DNA from: Oligoflexia bacterium
GTDB lineage: Bacteria > Bdellovibrionota > UBA1018
Assembly: GCA_963758495.1 (NCBI GenBank)
Contig: CAVWVI010000004.1
Span: 672,001 to 736,000 of the forward strand
Reading direction: 5' to 3'
Length of the DNA stretch: 64,000 nt
Shown here one piece after another: positions 1 to 10,716 of this stretch (the first letter of the stretch is position 1; every line of letters starts with the position of its first letter). The translations under genes were made by a program, and so were the position numbers. Below the pieces are notes generated by a model. It did no database searches. It saw nothing but the letters and a program-made list of their open reading frames with translations, and had not been told where the DNA came from.

Positions 1-317
1 TCATCCAAATGACTTAAAATGGCGATAACAGAATCCAGCTTCTCATCCAACTTATCGCTCCCTTCCGGGGGCGGTAGAAGAAAATCTTCTGCAACTAAAC
101 ATCCAATCACTTTTCCTTCGCCATCTTTTGCTAAGTACGTATGACCATTCTGAATCGAACGTTTCGTAAATATTTCTACAAATGGACGAAACTCATCCAA
201 ACTGAGATTAATTGCTTTTGAAAGAGCCTCGCCCTGACAAAAAGTTTGATTGATACATTCAACAGCCACTTTAAAATCTTCTACTGTAGCGATCTCAAAT
301 CTAAATTGGTTTTGCAT
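1..317 (-). CDS. GNAT-family N-acetyltransferase, partial (runs off the window edge)
   Basis: Hand-translated from ATG 317: MQNQFRFEIATVEDFKVAVECINQTFCQGEALSKAINL...YLAKDGEGKVIGCLVAEDF, a typical GNAT N-terminal half; GAGGTG SD-like sequence upstream. Confidence 0.6.
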   Translation of the reverse strand, partial: MQNQFRFEIATVEDFKVAVECINQTFCQGEALSKAINLSLDEFRPFVEIFTKRSIQNGHTYLAKDGEGKVIGCLVAEDFLLPPPEGSDKLDEKLDSVIAILSHLD

Positions 318-486
318 TCGACACTCACCTCACTTTATGAGCAGGGAAATACTCAGTTTGGAGCTTAATTTAACTTAGCGAGTGTAATTTTTCAAATAAT
401 TTATAACTTTAATCAAGTATCTTAGCGCATTCAGAGATAAGCATATGGAATATAGGGGTTTTTATAGAAATTGAGCAGATATTTAC

Positions 487-532
487 AATTTGTTCAATAG
501 AGTGAACAAATTTCTTCACTCCATTGAACAAA
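487..532. repeat. Nested inverted repeats (operator- or terminator-like)
   Basis: AATTTGTTCA-N6-TGAACAAATT perfect palindrome at 487-512; 18-bp arms at 489-506 and 515-532 with one mismatch. Confidence 0.6.
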
Positions 533-653
533 CGGAACTTAACCCCGCTGAGCTATACGATCGTTTAGGTCTATCTTAAAATGTGAAAAGATCTTCTAAG
601 CAGTACTGACTGTCCTCGAACTGGAAACTCAGATAATCAAATCCACATACTCA

Positions 654-1379
654 CTACAACTGAAACCCAGCCGCTTCAGCATCCTTCTTAAAGATCTGCA
701 CAGTTTCTAAGCTGAACTGTTTTAAATCTTTATTAAAAAGGGCTGTCTTTTTGAGCTGATCTTGAGTCACGGTAATAATATCAACACCAATGAGATCCGC
801 TTGCACAATATTCCAAGCTTCACGTGGACTCGCCCAAAGGAGTTCAACCTGAGAGCCCGCTGAGCGACACATTTCTAAAGCAGCTTGCATCAAAGGAACA
901 GGATCTCGCCCGGTATCTGCCACTCTTCCTGCAAAAACAGAAACAATAGAAGGAGCCCCCCCTTTGAGGGCTTGGCAAACTTCCCATACCTGATCGAGGG
1001 TGAAAAGTGCGGTCACGTTCAGACTCACACCCTCATGAGAAAGTTGATGGATCAACTCCGCTGTCGGCTTCCCTTTTGAATTCGTCACAGGGATCTTCAC
1101 ATTGACGTTCTTGCCCCATGTTTTAATTTCAAGCCCTTGCCGTCTCATTTCAGGAAGCTCATCCGCAAAAACCTCAAAGGAGATCGGTCTATCTGAAATA
1201 TGGGACAAAACTTTGTGGGCAAACGCTTTGTAATCTGTCACGCCAGCCGATTTCATCAGTGAAGGATTAGTCGTGAATCCTTTCACTAATGGATGCTTGG
1301 AAAGTTCAATCATGGAGTTAAAATCTGCTCCATCTGCGAAAATTTTTATTTTAGAGCTAAAAGGTGATTTTTGAGACAT
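654..1379 (-). CDS. tal: Transaldolase (TalC/FSA family)
   Basis: KIFADGA, GFTTNPSL, ISFEV, VKIP, NVTALF, VSVFAGR and LLWASPRE motifs. Confidence 0.9.
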   Translation of the reverse strand: MSQKSPFSSKIKIFADGADFNSMIELSKHPLVKGFTTNPSLMKSAGVTDYKAFAHKVLSHISDRPISFEVFADELPEMRRQGLEIKTWGKNVNVKIPVTNSKGKPTAELIHQLSHEGVSLNVTALFTLDQVWEVCQALKGGAPSIVSVFAGRVADTGRDPVPLMQAALEMCRSAGSQVELLWASPREAWNIVQADLIGVDIITVTQDQLKKTALFNKDLKQFSLETVQIFKKDAEAAGFQL

Positions 1380-1411
1380 AAAAGTACTATTAGACTAGCG
1401 ATTCAATTTCT

Positions 1412-2443
1412 TCAATAGCTTTTCAAAAACACGATCCCGCGCCATTCCCCTTTTTCCATCACTCGGCTTGGTTTTACGCCCAATAATGATGAATATTTTT
1501 CTATGACTTGCGAAATATCCTTCTCAATGAGTCCAGATAAAATTAAAGCCCCGCCGGGCTCTATCCGACTCACAAGCTCTTCCGCAAATTCCAAAAGAAC
1601 GGGCCTCAATATATTGGCAACAACCATGCGATAACGTCGGATTTCGTTTTCCCGTCCTTGAGGCTCCAGAACTTGAGAAAAACCGACTCGATCTTCAACT
1701 CCATTCAATGCGACATTTTCTCGTGCATTGTCAATTGCGAGGGGATCGACTTCGACCGAGTTGACACGAGCACCCAGCAAAGCTAATCCAATCGATAAAA
1801 TCCCTGAGCCACTCCCAAAATCAAGGGCCCAGCTCTCCTCTAAAGACCGCTCTTGACTCAAATCTCCAATGGCCTCTAAACAAAGCTGAGTGGTCTCATG
1901 GGTTCCAGTGCCAAAGCCAGCTCCTGGATTAATTCTTAAAATCCGTTCTTCTCGTGCCACGTCTTCCAAAGATTTAAACCAAGGAGGCACGACCCGCCAA
2001 AAAGGTGCAATGGAAACTCCGGTACCTGAATTTAAAAAAGAAGCTTTCCATTCAGCATCCCAATCTTGTGACTTTTGCTCTTCAACAATTCCTACCTGAA
2101 TTTGTGGGATTTCTTTTAGAAGCGATGCAGCTCGCTCTGCCTCTTCTTTTCCAGAAAAATAGAGTTCAGCCTGGACCTCCTCCTGTGAATCCACCCAATC
2201 TCGGTCTTGGGGTGCCACACCTGAGTCCACGGTCCAAGAATCAGTCTCAAAGCCTTCCTCTGCCGCTTGCTCAGTCAAAAGCGTGCCTTCATGCACTCCC
2301 TCTAACCCCTCCTCACCCAAGCGACCCCACAGCCATTCATAAAAACTGTCGCGATCTAAAGTAAGAAGTTCTGTTGCACTCCCCAAATGAGCGGGAAGCA
2401 CAACAGAACGCGAAATGCGAATAAAAAACTTAAATACGTTCAA
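1412..2443 (-). CDS. prmA: Ribosomal protein L11 methyltransferase
   Basis: INPGAGFGTGTHETT, LDFGSGSGILSI, VVANIL and LILSGL motifs. Confidence 0.9.
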   Translation of the reverse strand: MNVFKFFIRISRSVVLPAHLGSATELLTLDRDSFYEWLWGRLGEEGLEGVHEGTLLTEQAAEEGFETDSWTVDSGVAPQDRDWVDSQEEVQAELYFSGKEEAERAASLLKEIPQIQVGIVEEQKSQDWDAEWKASFLNSGTGVSIAPFWRVVPPWFKSLEDVAREERILRINPGAGFGTGTHETTQLCLEAIGDLSQERSLEESWALDFGSGSGILSIGLALLGARVNSVEVDPLAIDNARENVALNGVEDRVGFSQVLEPQGRENEIRRYRMVVANILRPVLLEFAEELVSRIEPGGALILSGLIEKDISQVIEKYSSLLGVKPSRVMEKGEWRGIVFLKSY

Positions 2444-2470
2444 CTCAAATACCTTATACTTTAAATATTT

Positions 2471-5400
2471 TTATACTGGCGGCTGTGATTGATCTCCACC
2501 TGCCCCGGCGCCTCCGCCAGAGTTTCCGCCAGAATTTCCGTTAGACCCTTCGTTTCCTGATCCAGAAGAAGCGGTACGCACTGGAGATTCATTTCCGGAA
2601 ACAACCAATGGGGCAGCGCCGGCATCTTTCATCGCAGGCTCATTGCGTTTGATATGAGGAGGTCCACCTGCGGCAGTGTAACCATAAGGCTTCACTCCAC
2701 CCCGATCTCTGTTGCGATCAACTCCCCCACCTCGACGAAACTTTCCTCCACCCGCAGGGCTTCCACCCGGCCCCCTCCGTCCACGCACTCCTCGACGACC
2801 CGCTGCACCGTTTGGACCTCGATGATTCATTTCTCCGGAAGTTCTTGAAGGATGTCCTCCCGCTCCACTCCCTAAGCGAGCTAAAGCAGCATCTTGTGCA
2901 GCCTGTGCTCTGAGGAAAGCCAAGCGATCTTCTTCATCAAAAAATTCATCTGTCTTCTGAGTCGCAGTTCCTTGAGCAGCTCCTTGGGCAACCCCTTCTG
3001 GCGTATCTTTTGACACTTCCGAATTCTCTAAAGAATTCCTCACACTTACAACAGGGGCAGGAAGAGGATTAGGAAGAAGAGTTACTCCTGATGAAGCAAC
3101 AGGCTCAATGACTTGAGGGGCTGCTGGCTTAATAATTACCGTAGCTGTGGATTCATAAACAGGAGCGATAGGAGTAGGAACTTGAGTATTACGTTCACGG
3201 TCTCTCTCACGGTCCTGATCTCGATCTCTCGCACGATGGCGGTTTGAACTATGATCCTGGGAGCGATCCATTACAGTGTATTCTCGACCGTCCTTACCTC
3301 GCTCACTTTTTTCACGCTTGTCGGCGGTGACCTCAAACTGCTCCGGATGAAAATCTGTAACAGCCTGAAGATAAATTTGCTTTCTGTAACGTCGCTCGAG
3401 TTGATCCAAGGTCTCACGCTCATCAATCGCTAAAATGTCAATGACATCAGGATGCGCCTGAACTAAAATCTTGCTCACATCGCGCTCAATACCTTCCCGT
3501 TCAATTTCACGCATGACTTCATAACCCACTGTCAGCTTTCCTTTAATGAAACCCTTGCCTTCGCAATGAGTGCAAGATTCACAAAGCGTTCTGACAATGG
3601 TGTCGCGAGTTCTTTTTCGAGTCATCTCGACCAAGCCCAATTCTGAAATCTTTAAAATGGTTGGCCGTGCACGATCGCGAGAAAGTGCATCTTCAAGTGC
3701 CCGATAAACACGCTGTTTGTTCTCATCTTTCTCCATATCGATGAGATCAAGGATGATAATCCCGCCACTATTTCTCAAACGAAGCTGATAAGCGATTTCT
3801 TGAACCGCTTCTAAATTCGTTTTTAAAATAGTGTCTTCTAAATTCTTTTTCCCTACATATCGGCCCGTATTCACATCGATCGCTACGAGCGCTTCGGCTT
3901 GATCAATGACGATATACCCACCTGATTTCAACCAAACTTTTCTCTCTAAAGCACGAGACAGCTCTGTCGAAATTCCGTAAGCATCAAATATAGGAATATC
4001 CCCGTGATAAAGCTCTACTTTCTGCTTCAATGAGGGCATGAAGTGAGAAACAAATCGCTGAATTTCATTATAATGGTAACGGGAGTCTACAATCACTTTA
4101 TCGATTTCTTCAGTAACCCAATCGCGAATTGCTCGAAGAACCGAATTTAAATCTTCATACACTAAAGCAGGTGCCGTAATGGAGGCCGCTTTTTCTCGAA
4201 TCTCTGTCCAAAGATGGGTCAGATAGTCGATATCCTGTTTGATTCGTCTTTCAGATTGTTGTTTTCCACTCGCAGTTCGAACAATAAACCCAAGATTTCT
4301 AGGACGATTACGCTCAACAAACTCTCGTAATCGACGTCTCTCATCATCTCTTTCAATACGACGTGAGACACCTACGTGATCAATCGTAGGCATACACACT
4401 AGGTGACGTCCTGGTAAGCTAATATGGCAGGTCAGCCGGGCCCCTTTGGTCGCAATGGGATCCTTTGCAACTTGAACTAAGACTTCCTGTCCTTCTTTCA
4501 GTAAATCTTGAATATTCACTTGTGCCTTGACAGGCCGGCTACTGGTCTTGGTACGAATCCTACGATCCCGAGATCGAGGTGCTTTAAATTCAGGTCGATC
4601 TGCACTACTGGAAACGATTGGACGGCGCTCCACATTGACAACCGCTGCCGCCTCTGGGCGATTAGGCTCAACAACTTCAAGAGGATTACTTTCAGAATTG
4701 GCAGCAGCACTCGCAGCGTTGGCTTCGTCTACTAATCCTGAACGGTCAGAGCCAGAAGCTCCTGCATCGGCAACTTGTTCATGATAATTTTCTGGATAAC
4801 TTTGCTGAACCTGTGGAGATGCTTCAGGAGGAGTCACTCGTCGACGATAACGCCCTCCTCTTCTCCCTCTCCGATGCCGTTTACGTCCAGCAATACCACT
4901 TTGAGCATCTGAATCACCCGCTTCACCGTCTGCTGCCAGTTCTCCCTCGTCTTGACTGTCGTCATTACTTTCAACTGGGCTTTCAACTGAATTTTCTCCT
5001 GGGTTTTCAACCGGGCTTTTAACTGAGCTCTCAACTGGTGAATCCGATCCTTGTGATACTAAATTCAGAGAATCTGCTTCAGAATTGGATGTTTCAGGAG
5101 CCACTGTGCCTGGAGGTTGATCGGAAGAGGATTTACTCCCCCCCTCTCCACCAGAACTACTGGGTTTAGCTGCCATCTTAACAGGCTTAGTGGGTTCATC
5201 GTCATCTGAATCATGAGGTGAATCATCTGACAAATCATCTGAAGTATCCTCTTCAAAATCTGATTCTGAATATTCTGTTTCTTCGTTGTTCCACTCCGAC
5301 TCAGCATCTATTGGCGTCACCTTTTGTTCAAACGCCGGAAGCGAAGAGGAAATAATGACTTGTGGATTCGTTTCAGGCGCTTCGCTAGAAATACCAGTGG

Positions 5401-5785
5401 GCTTGACTTCAAACTCAGATTGAGACTCAGATCGAAGCACAGAACTCACTGCAACTTCGCCTACAGGCTCTAAAGCTCGCTCCACCTCTGAAGCATGCAC
5501 GTCTTCAAGAGCAATTGCGGCCTGATGAGAGCCTTCCTCTTCTTCCCAGATTTCGGAGTGGACATAAACATCATCCACATACAGAAATGCAGCCTTTTCA
5601 AGTCCAATATCTACGAAAGCCGCCTGCATTCCAGGTAAAACCCGGGTAACACGCCCTTTGTAAATATTTCCTACAATACCTTTTCCAGAAGCCCTCTCAA
5701 TGAGTAACTCTTGAATTTCACCATCTTCCATTAATGCAATACGAGTTTCAGGTAGAGACGCATTAATAATTAGTTCATTAGCCAT
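2471..5785 (-). CDS. rne: Ribonuclease E/G family protein with a large disordered insertion and C-terminal tail
   Basis: GNIYKGRVTRVLPGMQAAFVDIG, VQVAKDPIATKGARLT, AIDVNTG, GGIIILDLIDM and CxxCxGxG Zn-link motifs. Confidence 0.9.
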   Translation of the reverse strand: MANELIINASLPETRIALMEDGEIQELLIERASGKGIVGNIYKGRVTRVLPGMQAAFVDIGLEKAAFLYVDDVYVHSEIWEEEEGSHQAAIALEDVHASEVERALEPVGEVAVSSVLRSESQSEFEVKPTGISSEAPETNPQVIISSSLPAFEQKVTPIDAESEWNNEETEYSESDFEEDTSDDLSDDSPHDSDDDEPTKPVKMAAKPSSSGGEGGSKSSSDQPPGTVAPETSNSEADSLNLVSQGSDSPVESSVKSPVENPGENSVESPVESNDDSQDEGELAADGEAGDSDAQSGIAGRKRHRRGRRGGRYRRRVTPPEASPQVQQSYPENYHEQVADAGASGSDRSGLVDEANAASAAANSESNPLEVVEPNRPEAAAVVNVERRPIVSSSADRPEFKAPRSRDRRIRTKTSSRPVKAQVNIQDLLKEGQEVLVQVAKDPIATKGARLTCHISLPGRHLVCMPTIDHVGVSRRIERDDERRRLREFVERNRPRNLGFIVRTASGKQQSERRIKQDIDYLTHLWTEIREKAASITAPALVYEDLNSVLRAIRDWVTEEIDKVIVDSRYHYNEIQRFVSHFMPSLKQKVELYHGDIPIFDAYGISTELSRALERKVWLKSGGYIVIDQAEALVAIDVNTGRYVGKKNLEDTILKTNLEAVQEIAYQLRLRNSGGIIILDLIDMEKDENKQRVYRALEDALSRDRARPTILKISELGLVEMTRKRTRDTIVRTLCESCTHCEGKGFIKGKLTVGYEVMREIEREGIERDVSKILVQAHPDVIDILAIDERETLDQLERRYRKQIYLQAVTDFHPEQFEVTADKREKSERGKDGREYTVMDRSQDHSSNRHRARDRDQDRERDRERNTQVPTPIAPVYESTATVIIKPAAPQVIEPVASSGVTLLPNPLPAPVVSVRNSLENSEVSKDTPEGVAQGAAQGTATQKTDEFFDEEDRLAFLRAQAAQDAALARLGSGAGGHPSRTSGEMNHRGPNGAAGRRGVRGRRGPGGSPAGGGKFRRGGGVDRNRDRGGVKPYGYTAAGGPPHIKRNEPAMKDAGAAPLVVSGNESPVRTASSGSGNEGSNGNSGGNSGGGAGAGGDQSQPPV

Positions 5786-6290
5786 ATGGACACTCCCGCT
5801 AGATGATAGCGTGCTATCAAGTTAGGGAAACCGCGGGTATTTCCAACAATGCGAGGGGCGAATCGTTCCATCATATATAAGGTGATAGACATAATCGAGA
5901 TTTTGAAGCTTTAATAAACGTTGTATAATAAACTTGCGCTAAAAAATACACACGATGGTGTATAAGGCTCACAACTTGAGTTCTTGGCTGATTGTATAAG
6001 GGCAACGTTAAGGCTCCCAAAACCGTACCCACGGCAATGTGGATGCCGACGGTTTCATAAAAAATAATGTCCCTAATTGGGGCGCAATATGCGCGCCACT
6101 GAAAGCATTGCTCTCAGCAACCCTAAGCCGGATAAAAATAACCCGAACTTCTTCCAATAGGGAATGAGGAATTTCTCCTCAATTTTGTTCATGAGGTGCT
6201 TACTCAAGCAGGTAAAATCCAAATTTTCCGCTTTTAAAGCAACCTTTACTTATCTAAACGTAGCGAATCCGACTTGACACTTCAAGTAAA
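5786..6290 (-). promoter_or_regulatory. Long hairpin-rich putative 5' leader of the RNase E/G gene
   Basis: No ORF; several inverted repeats, e.g. TGATAGC/GCTATCA, AAACCGT...ACGGTTT, TTGCT/AGCAA, GAGGA/TCCTC. Confidence 0.45.
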
Positions 6291-6443
6291 AAGTAGGATT
6301 TCTCTTAAATCGCAGTGCATTATGAAAAGTCTTCGTAAAGCTAAAGACTTCGCTGTTCTCTTCCAGAGATGAATACAAAATTCCGACCCTTTAACCTTAT
6401 TCCTTTTCAACTCCTAAAGAGAATGATACTCCGCATAGAGAAT

Positions 6444-7202
6444 ATGCACGCCCTTCCTCATGGCTCACTTGCATCAAAGATTGATCATACGCTTCTTAAG
6501 TCGGATGCCACTCCTGAAGAAATCCGCAAACTATGTGAAGAGGCTCAAGAGCATCATTTTGCAACTGTTTGTATTAATTCAGTTTATGTGCCTCTAGCTG
6601 CTGAGCTTTTAAAAAACTCTTCTACAAAACCTATTACAGTGGTTGGCTTCCCCCTGGGTGCCGCATCTACTGCCGCTAAAGCATTTGAAGCTCAGGAAGC
6701 GATTCGAGTGGGTGCACAAGAAATAGACATGGTGATCAACATCGGAGCGTTGAAAAGCTATAATTATCAGCTTGTATTCAATGACATTCGACAAGTAGTA
6801 GAGGCTTGCAAGCCTTATTCTGTAAAAGTTATTTTGGAGACTTCCAGTTTAAATCATGAGCAAAAGATCGCCGGATGCACCCTTGCAAAAGCCGCAGGGG
6901 CTGCATTCGTCAAAACCTCTACTGGGTTTGGAGCTGGAGGAGCTACGGTTGAAGACATTACTCTGATGCGGAGGGTGGTCGGGCCAGAAATGGGTGTCAA
7001 AGCGTCGGGTGGAATTCGCTCTTATACAGATGCTATGAAAATGATTGCTGCAGGAGCATCACGAATTGGCGCTTCTGCAAGTGTTGCAATGATTGCACAA
7101 GAGAAGCAGGCACAAGAGAACCAGACACAAAAAACCGAAGAAGTCAGCGGGCTCTTCAGCTCAGAAAATCATGACCCTTCCAACAAAAATACTTCATACT
7201 AA
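6444..7202 (+). CDS. deoC: Deoxyribose-phosphate aldolase
   Basis: IDHTLLK, VVGFPLG, EIDMVIN, FVKTSTGF and VKASGGIR motifs; start moved to ATG 6444 (ORF track starts at 6369). Confidence 0.93.
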   Translation: MHALPHGSLASKIDHTLLKSDATPEEIRKLCEEAQEHHFATVCINSVYVPLAAELLKNSSTKPITVVGFPLGAASTAAKAFEAQEAIRVGAQEIDMVINIGALKSYNYQLVFNDIRQVVEACKPYSVKVILETSSLNHEQKIAGCTLAKAAGAAFVKTSTGFGAGGATVEDITLMRRVVGPEMGVKASGGIRSYTDAMKMIAAGASRIGASASVAMIAQEKQAQENQTQKTEEVSGLFSSENHDPSNKNTSY

Positions 7203-7206
7203 CTTT

Positions 7207-8454
7207 ATGACTCAATCTCATTTGCATTCCCCTTTAAATCGAGTTTTTTGGATTGTCCTGGATGGCGTAGGTGCCGGAGAGTTACCTGACGCAACTAGCT
7301 ATGGAGATCTCGGATCCAATACTTTGGGAAATCTTTCAAAAGCTTTTCAAGAAAAAACAGGGCGGCCTCTGCAACTCCCTCACCTAGAAGCTCTAGGTTT
7401 GGCAAATATTACCCCGATGCAAGGCCTCACGCCGAAAAATCCAGGATCAGGACAAGGTGCATTTGGAAAAGCCATCGAACTTTCTCAAGGGAAGGATACT
7501 ACTTCTGGACATTGGGAAATGGCTGGACTTGTCCTGACAACTCCTTTCACCACTTATCCTCACGGTTTTTCTGACGAGATCATTCAGCGATGGGTCAAAG
7601 AAAATGATTTACCTGGGGTCTTAGGAAACAAGGCTGCCAGCGGCACTGAGATTATTGACGAACTGGGTGCAGAGCACATCCGGACGGGCAAACCCATCCT
7701 TTACACAAGTGCAGATAGCGTTTGGCAAGTCGCAGCTCATGAAAGTACTTTTGGTCTTGAGAGACTTTATAAAATTTGTAAATCAGCTCGACATCTTTGT
7801 GATGAACTTCAAGTGAGCCGTGTCATTGCTCGGCCCTTTATTGGAGACCCCACACAGGGTCAGCCTTTTAAGAGAACTTATAATCGCAAAGATTATGCAC
7901 AACAACCCTCCTCTGATACTTACCTAGACGTACTTTGCCAAGCGAAGATCCCCACACTTGGAATTGGCAAAATATCTAATATTTACGCAGGTAAGGGAAT
8001 TCAATCTAATATTGATACTCATGGCAATACTGATGGAATCAAAACTTTATTGGATCAAATGGACACTGTTCATTCTGGATTGATTTTTTGCAACTTGATC
8101 GATTTTGATATGCTGTACGGCCATCGCAGGGATGTGCTTGGCTTTGGACATGCCTTAGAAGAGTTTGATCTTGCCATGCCTGAAATTCAAAAAAGACTGA
8201 GAGCCCAGGACCTTCTTATTATTACTGCGGATCACGGAAATGACCCCACCTATCCAGGCACGGATCACACCCGAGAGTACATTCCTCTTCTTGCCTTGAG
8301 TCCAGCCCAGAAAATAAAAGGCCCTGTAGATATTGGAATTCGAACGAGCTTTGCCGATGTGGGAGCGACAATTGTTGACGCTCTCCTTGGAACCCTTCCC
8401 CAGGGAACAGGACTTGCTGGTAAATCCTTTTTGCCAGAACTGGGATTAAATTAG
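7207..8454 (+). CDS. deoB: Phosphopentomutase
   Basis: IVLDGVG, GKDTTSGHWE, YTSADSV, DFDMLYGHRRD and TADHGNDP motifs; start at ATG 7207. Confidence 0.95.
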   Translation: MTQSHLHSPLNRVFWIVLDGVGAGELPDATSYGDLGSNTLGNLSKAFQEKTGRPLQLPHLEALGLANITPMQGLTPKNPGSGQGAFGKAIELSQGKDTTSGHWEMAGLVLTTPFTTYPHGFSDEIIQRWVKENDLPGVLGNKAASGTEIIDELGAEHIRTGKPILYTSADSVWQVAAHESTFGLERLYKICKSARHLCDELQVSRVIARPFIGDPTQGQPFKRTYNRKDYAQQPSSDTYLDVLCQAKIPTLGIGKISNIYAGKGIQSNIDTHGNTDGIKTLLDQMDTVHSGLIFCNLIDFDMLYGHRRDVLGFGHALEEFDLAMPEIQKRLRAQDLLIITADHGNDPTYPGTDHTREYIPLLALSPAQKIKGPVDIGIRTSFADVGATIVDALLGTLPQGTGLAGKSFLPELGLN

Positions 8455-8468
8455 AATAGTTTATTTTT

Positions 8469-9794
8469 ATGAATCATACACCTTCCTGGATTATCCAAAA
8501 AAAGCGCGATGGAAAAGAATTAAAAAGAGAAGAAATTAGAGAGTTCATTCAAGGCATCTCATCAGGAGCCGTAATGGACTATCAAGCAAGCGCATTTTTA
8601 ATGGCTGTCTATTTTCGAGGAATGACTTTAGACGAAACTGTAGCTCTTACAGAAGTCATGCTGGAAAGTGGCGAGCGCTACGACCTATCAAAAATTTCCG
8701 GACCCAAAGTAGATAAGCACTCAACTGGCGGAGTGGGAGATAAGGTATCTTTGATTCTTGCTCCGTTGGCAGTCGCCTGTGGCTTAAAAGTACCGATGAT
8801 GTCCGGCCGTGGGTTAGGTCATAGCGGAGGCACATTAGATAAATTAGAGTCTATAGCAGGATTTAATGTGAATTTATCAAAAGAACGTTTTGAAGAAGTG
8901 CTCGCCGGCGTGGGCTGTGCCATGACTGGACAAACGGATCAAATCGCGCCTGCTGACAAAAAACTTTATGCCTTAAGAGATGTCACAGCAACTGTCGAAT
9001 GTATTCCTTTAATCACTGCTTCCATTTTATCCAAAAAGCTAGCAGAGGGAGCAACTGCGCTCGTCCTGGATGTGAAAGTTGGAAGTGGCGCTTTTATGAA
9101 AACCCGCTCACAAGCGCAGAAGCTTGCGAAGACTTTAATTCGGGTTGCAAAAAAAATGAATCTCCCCTGCCGTGCAATTCTTACGAGCATGAATCAACCC
9201 CTCGGATATGCCGTAGGGAATTCAATCGAAGTGAAAGAATGCATTGAAATTTTGAAGAATGAAAAAAATTCTGACTTCTGTTCTGCTGACCTTAAAGAAC
9301 TGACCATTCATCTTTGTGCTCATATGTTGGACATTGGCGGCATCAGCCGAAACTTGGCTGATGGAAGAAAACTAGCTCATAGTCGGCTTGCCGATGGAAG
9401 CGCATGGAAAATATTTCAAAACCTGGTGCAAGCACAAGGCGGAGATGTCGCAAAAATAAGTAATCCCAACAAATTTGAAACAGCTCCTCGATGTATCACA
9501 TGGAAATCAAAAAAACGCGGATTCATAGGCAAAATGAATACTGAAGAACTCGGTAGAATCTTAGTTGAACTCGGTGGTGGAAGAAGAAAGACGAGTGATC
9601 TGATCGACCCCAGCGTAGGAATGATCTTTCATAAAAAGCTAGGCAACAAGGTTCAAATGGGCGACCCCCTTGTCACGATTTACGCGAATGCCAATTGTGA
9701 CTTAAATCCCATTGAAGCGCAGTTTCATCAGTCGGTGGAAATCACTACAGCTCGAAAGCCTGTACCCAAATTGATTTTCGAACAATACTCTTGA
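8469..9794 (+). CDS. pdp: Pyrimidine-nucleoside/thymidine phosphorylase
   Basis: DKHSTGGVGDK, SGRGLGHSGGTLDKLES, LYALRDVTATV and SKKLAEG motifs. Confidence 0.93.
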   Translation: MNHTPSWIIQKKRDGKELKREEIREFIQGISSGAVMDYQASAFLMAVYFRGMTLDETVALTEVMLESGERYDLSKISGPKVDKHSTGGVGDKVSLILAPLAVACGLKVPMMSGRGLGHSGGTLDKLESIAGFNVNLSKERFEEVLAGVGCAMTGQTDQIAPADKKLYALRDVTATVECIPLITASILSKKLAEGATALVLDVKVGSGAFMKTRSQAQKLAKTLIRVAKKMNLPCRAILTSMNQPLGYAVGNSIEVKECIEILKNEKNSDFCSADLKELTIHLCAHMLDIGGISRNLADGRKLAHSRLADGSAWKIFQNLVQAQGGDVAKISNPNKFETAPRCITWKSKKRGFIGKMNTEELGRILVELGGGRRKTSDLIDPSVGMIFHKKLGNKVQMGDPLVTIYANANCDLNPIEAQFHQSVEITTARKPVPKLIFEQYS

Positions 9795-9825
9795 GCCAAT
9801 CATTATCATTATAAAAAGGATATTT

Positions 9826-10716
9826 ATGAAAGAACCCCAGATTTACCAAAGACTTCGTGAAACAGTAGATGCCATTCAAAAACGCTGCTCCATGCAGCCA
9901 AAGATTGGTTTAATCCTAGGCTCAGGACTCGGCTCCATTGCAGAACAAATGACTGACACGGTCACTCTTCCCTATTCTGAAATTCCTCACTTTCACACCA
10001 CGGCAGTAGAAGGTCATGCAGGGAAAATGATTTTTGGCAAAATGAACGATATTCCCGTCGTTCTCCTTCAAGGACGGTTTCATTTCTATGAAGGCCATTC
10101 TATGGAAGAAGTCGTTTTTCCTACTCGAACGATTTGCGCTTTAGGAATTCATACCTTGGTCTTGACGAATGCGGCAGGAGCTGTCAATACTCGACTTAGG
10201 CCGGGGGATTTAATGCTCATCGAAGATCACTTAAATCTAATGGGAGATAATCCACTCAGGGGGCCACATCTCGCTCAATTGGGTGCAAGATTTCCTGACT
10301 TATGCGAAGCATACAATAAGTCCTGTTTAGAAATCATTAAAACAGCGGCAAAAGAACTGGAAATTTCTCTCCACACTGGAGTGTATGCCGGTCTCTTAGG
10401 CCCTAGTTACGAAACCCCAGCTGAAGTGAGAATGTTGCGTGTTTTGGGTGCAGATGCAGTTGGTATGTCAACAGTACCTGAAAGTATTGCGGCTAATCAT
10501 TTAGGAATTCGTGTCACAGGACTCAGTTGCATTACTAATCTAGCAGCAGGACTTTCTCCTCATAAACTTTCTCATCAAGAAGTCATGAGTACTTCGCAAG
10601 CTGCTACAAATAAAATCAAGGCTTTACTCTTGGCCGCAATTCCTCGAATGGCTCACCACACTCCAGAAAGGCATCCTGATGAGTTCACAAATAGAAAACG
10701 CATCTCCGGAAATTAA
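9826..10716 (+). CDS. punA: Purine-nucleoside phosphorylase (PNP I type)
   Basis: ILGSGLG, GRFHFYEG, GPSYETPAE and VGMSTVPE motifs. Confidence 0.92.
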   Translation: MKEPQIYQRLRETVDAIQKRCSMQPKIGLILGSGLGSIAEQMTDTVTLPYSEIPHFHTTAVEGHAGKMIFGKMNDIPVVLLQGRFHFYEGHSMEEVVFPTRTICALGIHTLVLTNAAGAVNTRLRPGDLMLIEDHLNLMGDNPLRGPHLAQLGARFPDLCEAYNKSCLEIIKTAAKELEISLHTGVYAGLLGPSYETPAEVRMLRVLGADAVGMSTVPESIAANHLGIRVTGLSCITNLAAGLSPHKLSHQEVMSTSQAATNKIKALLLAAIPRMAHHTPERHPDEFTNRKRISGN

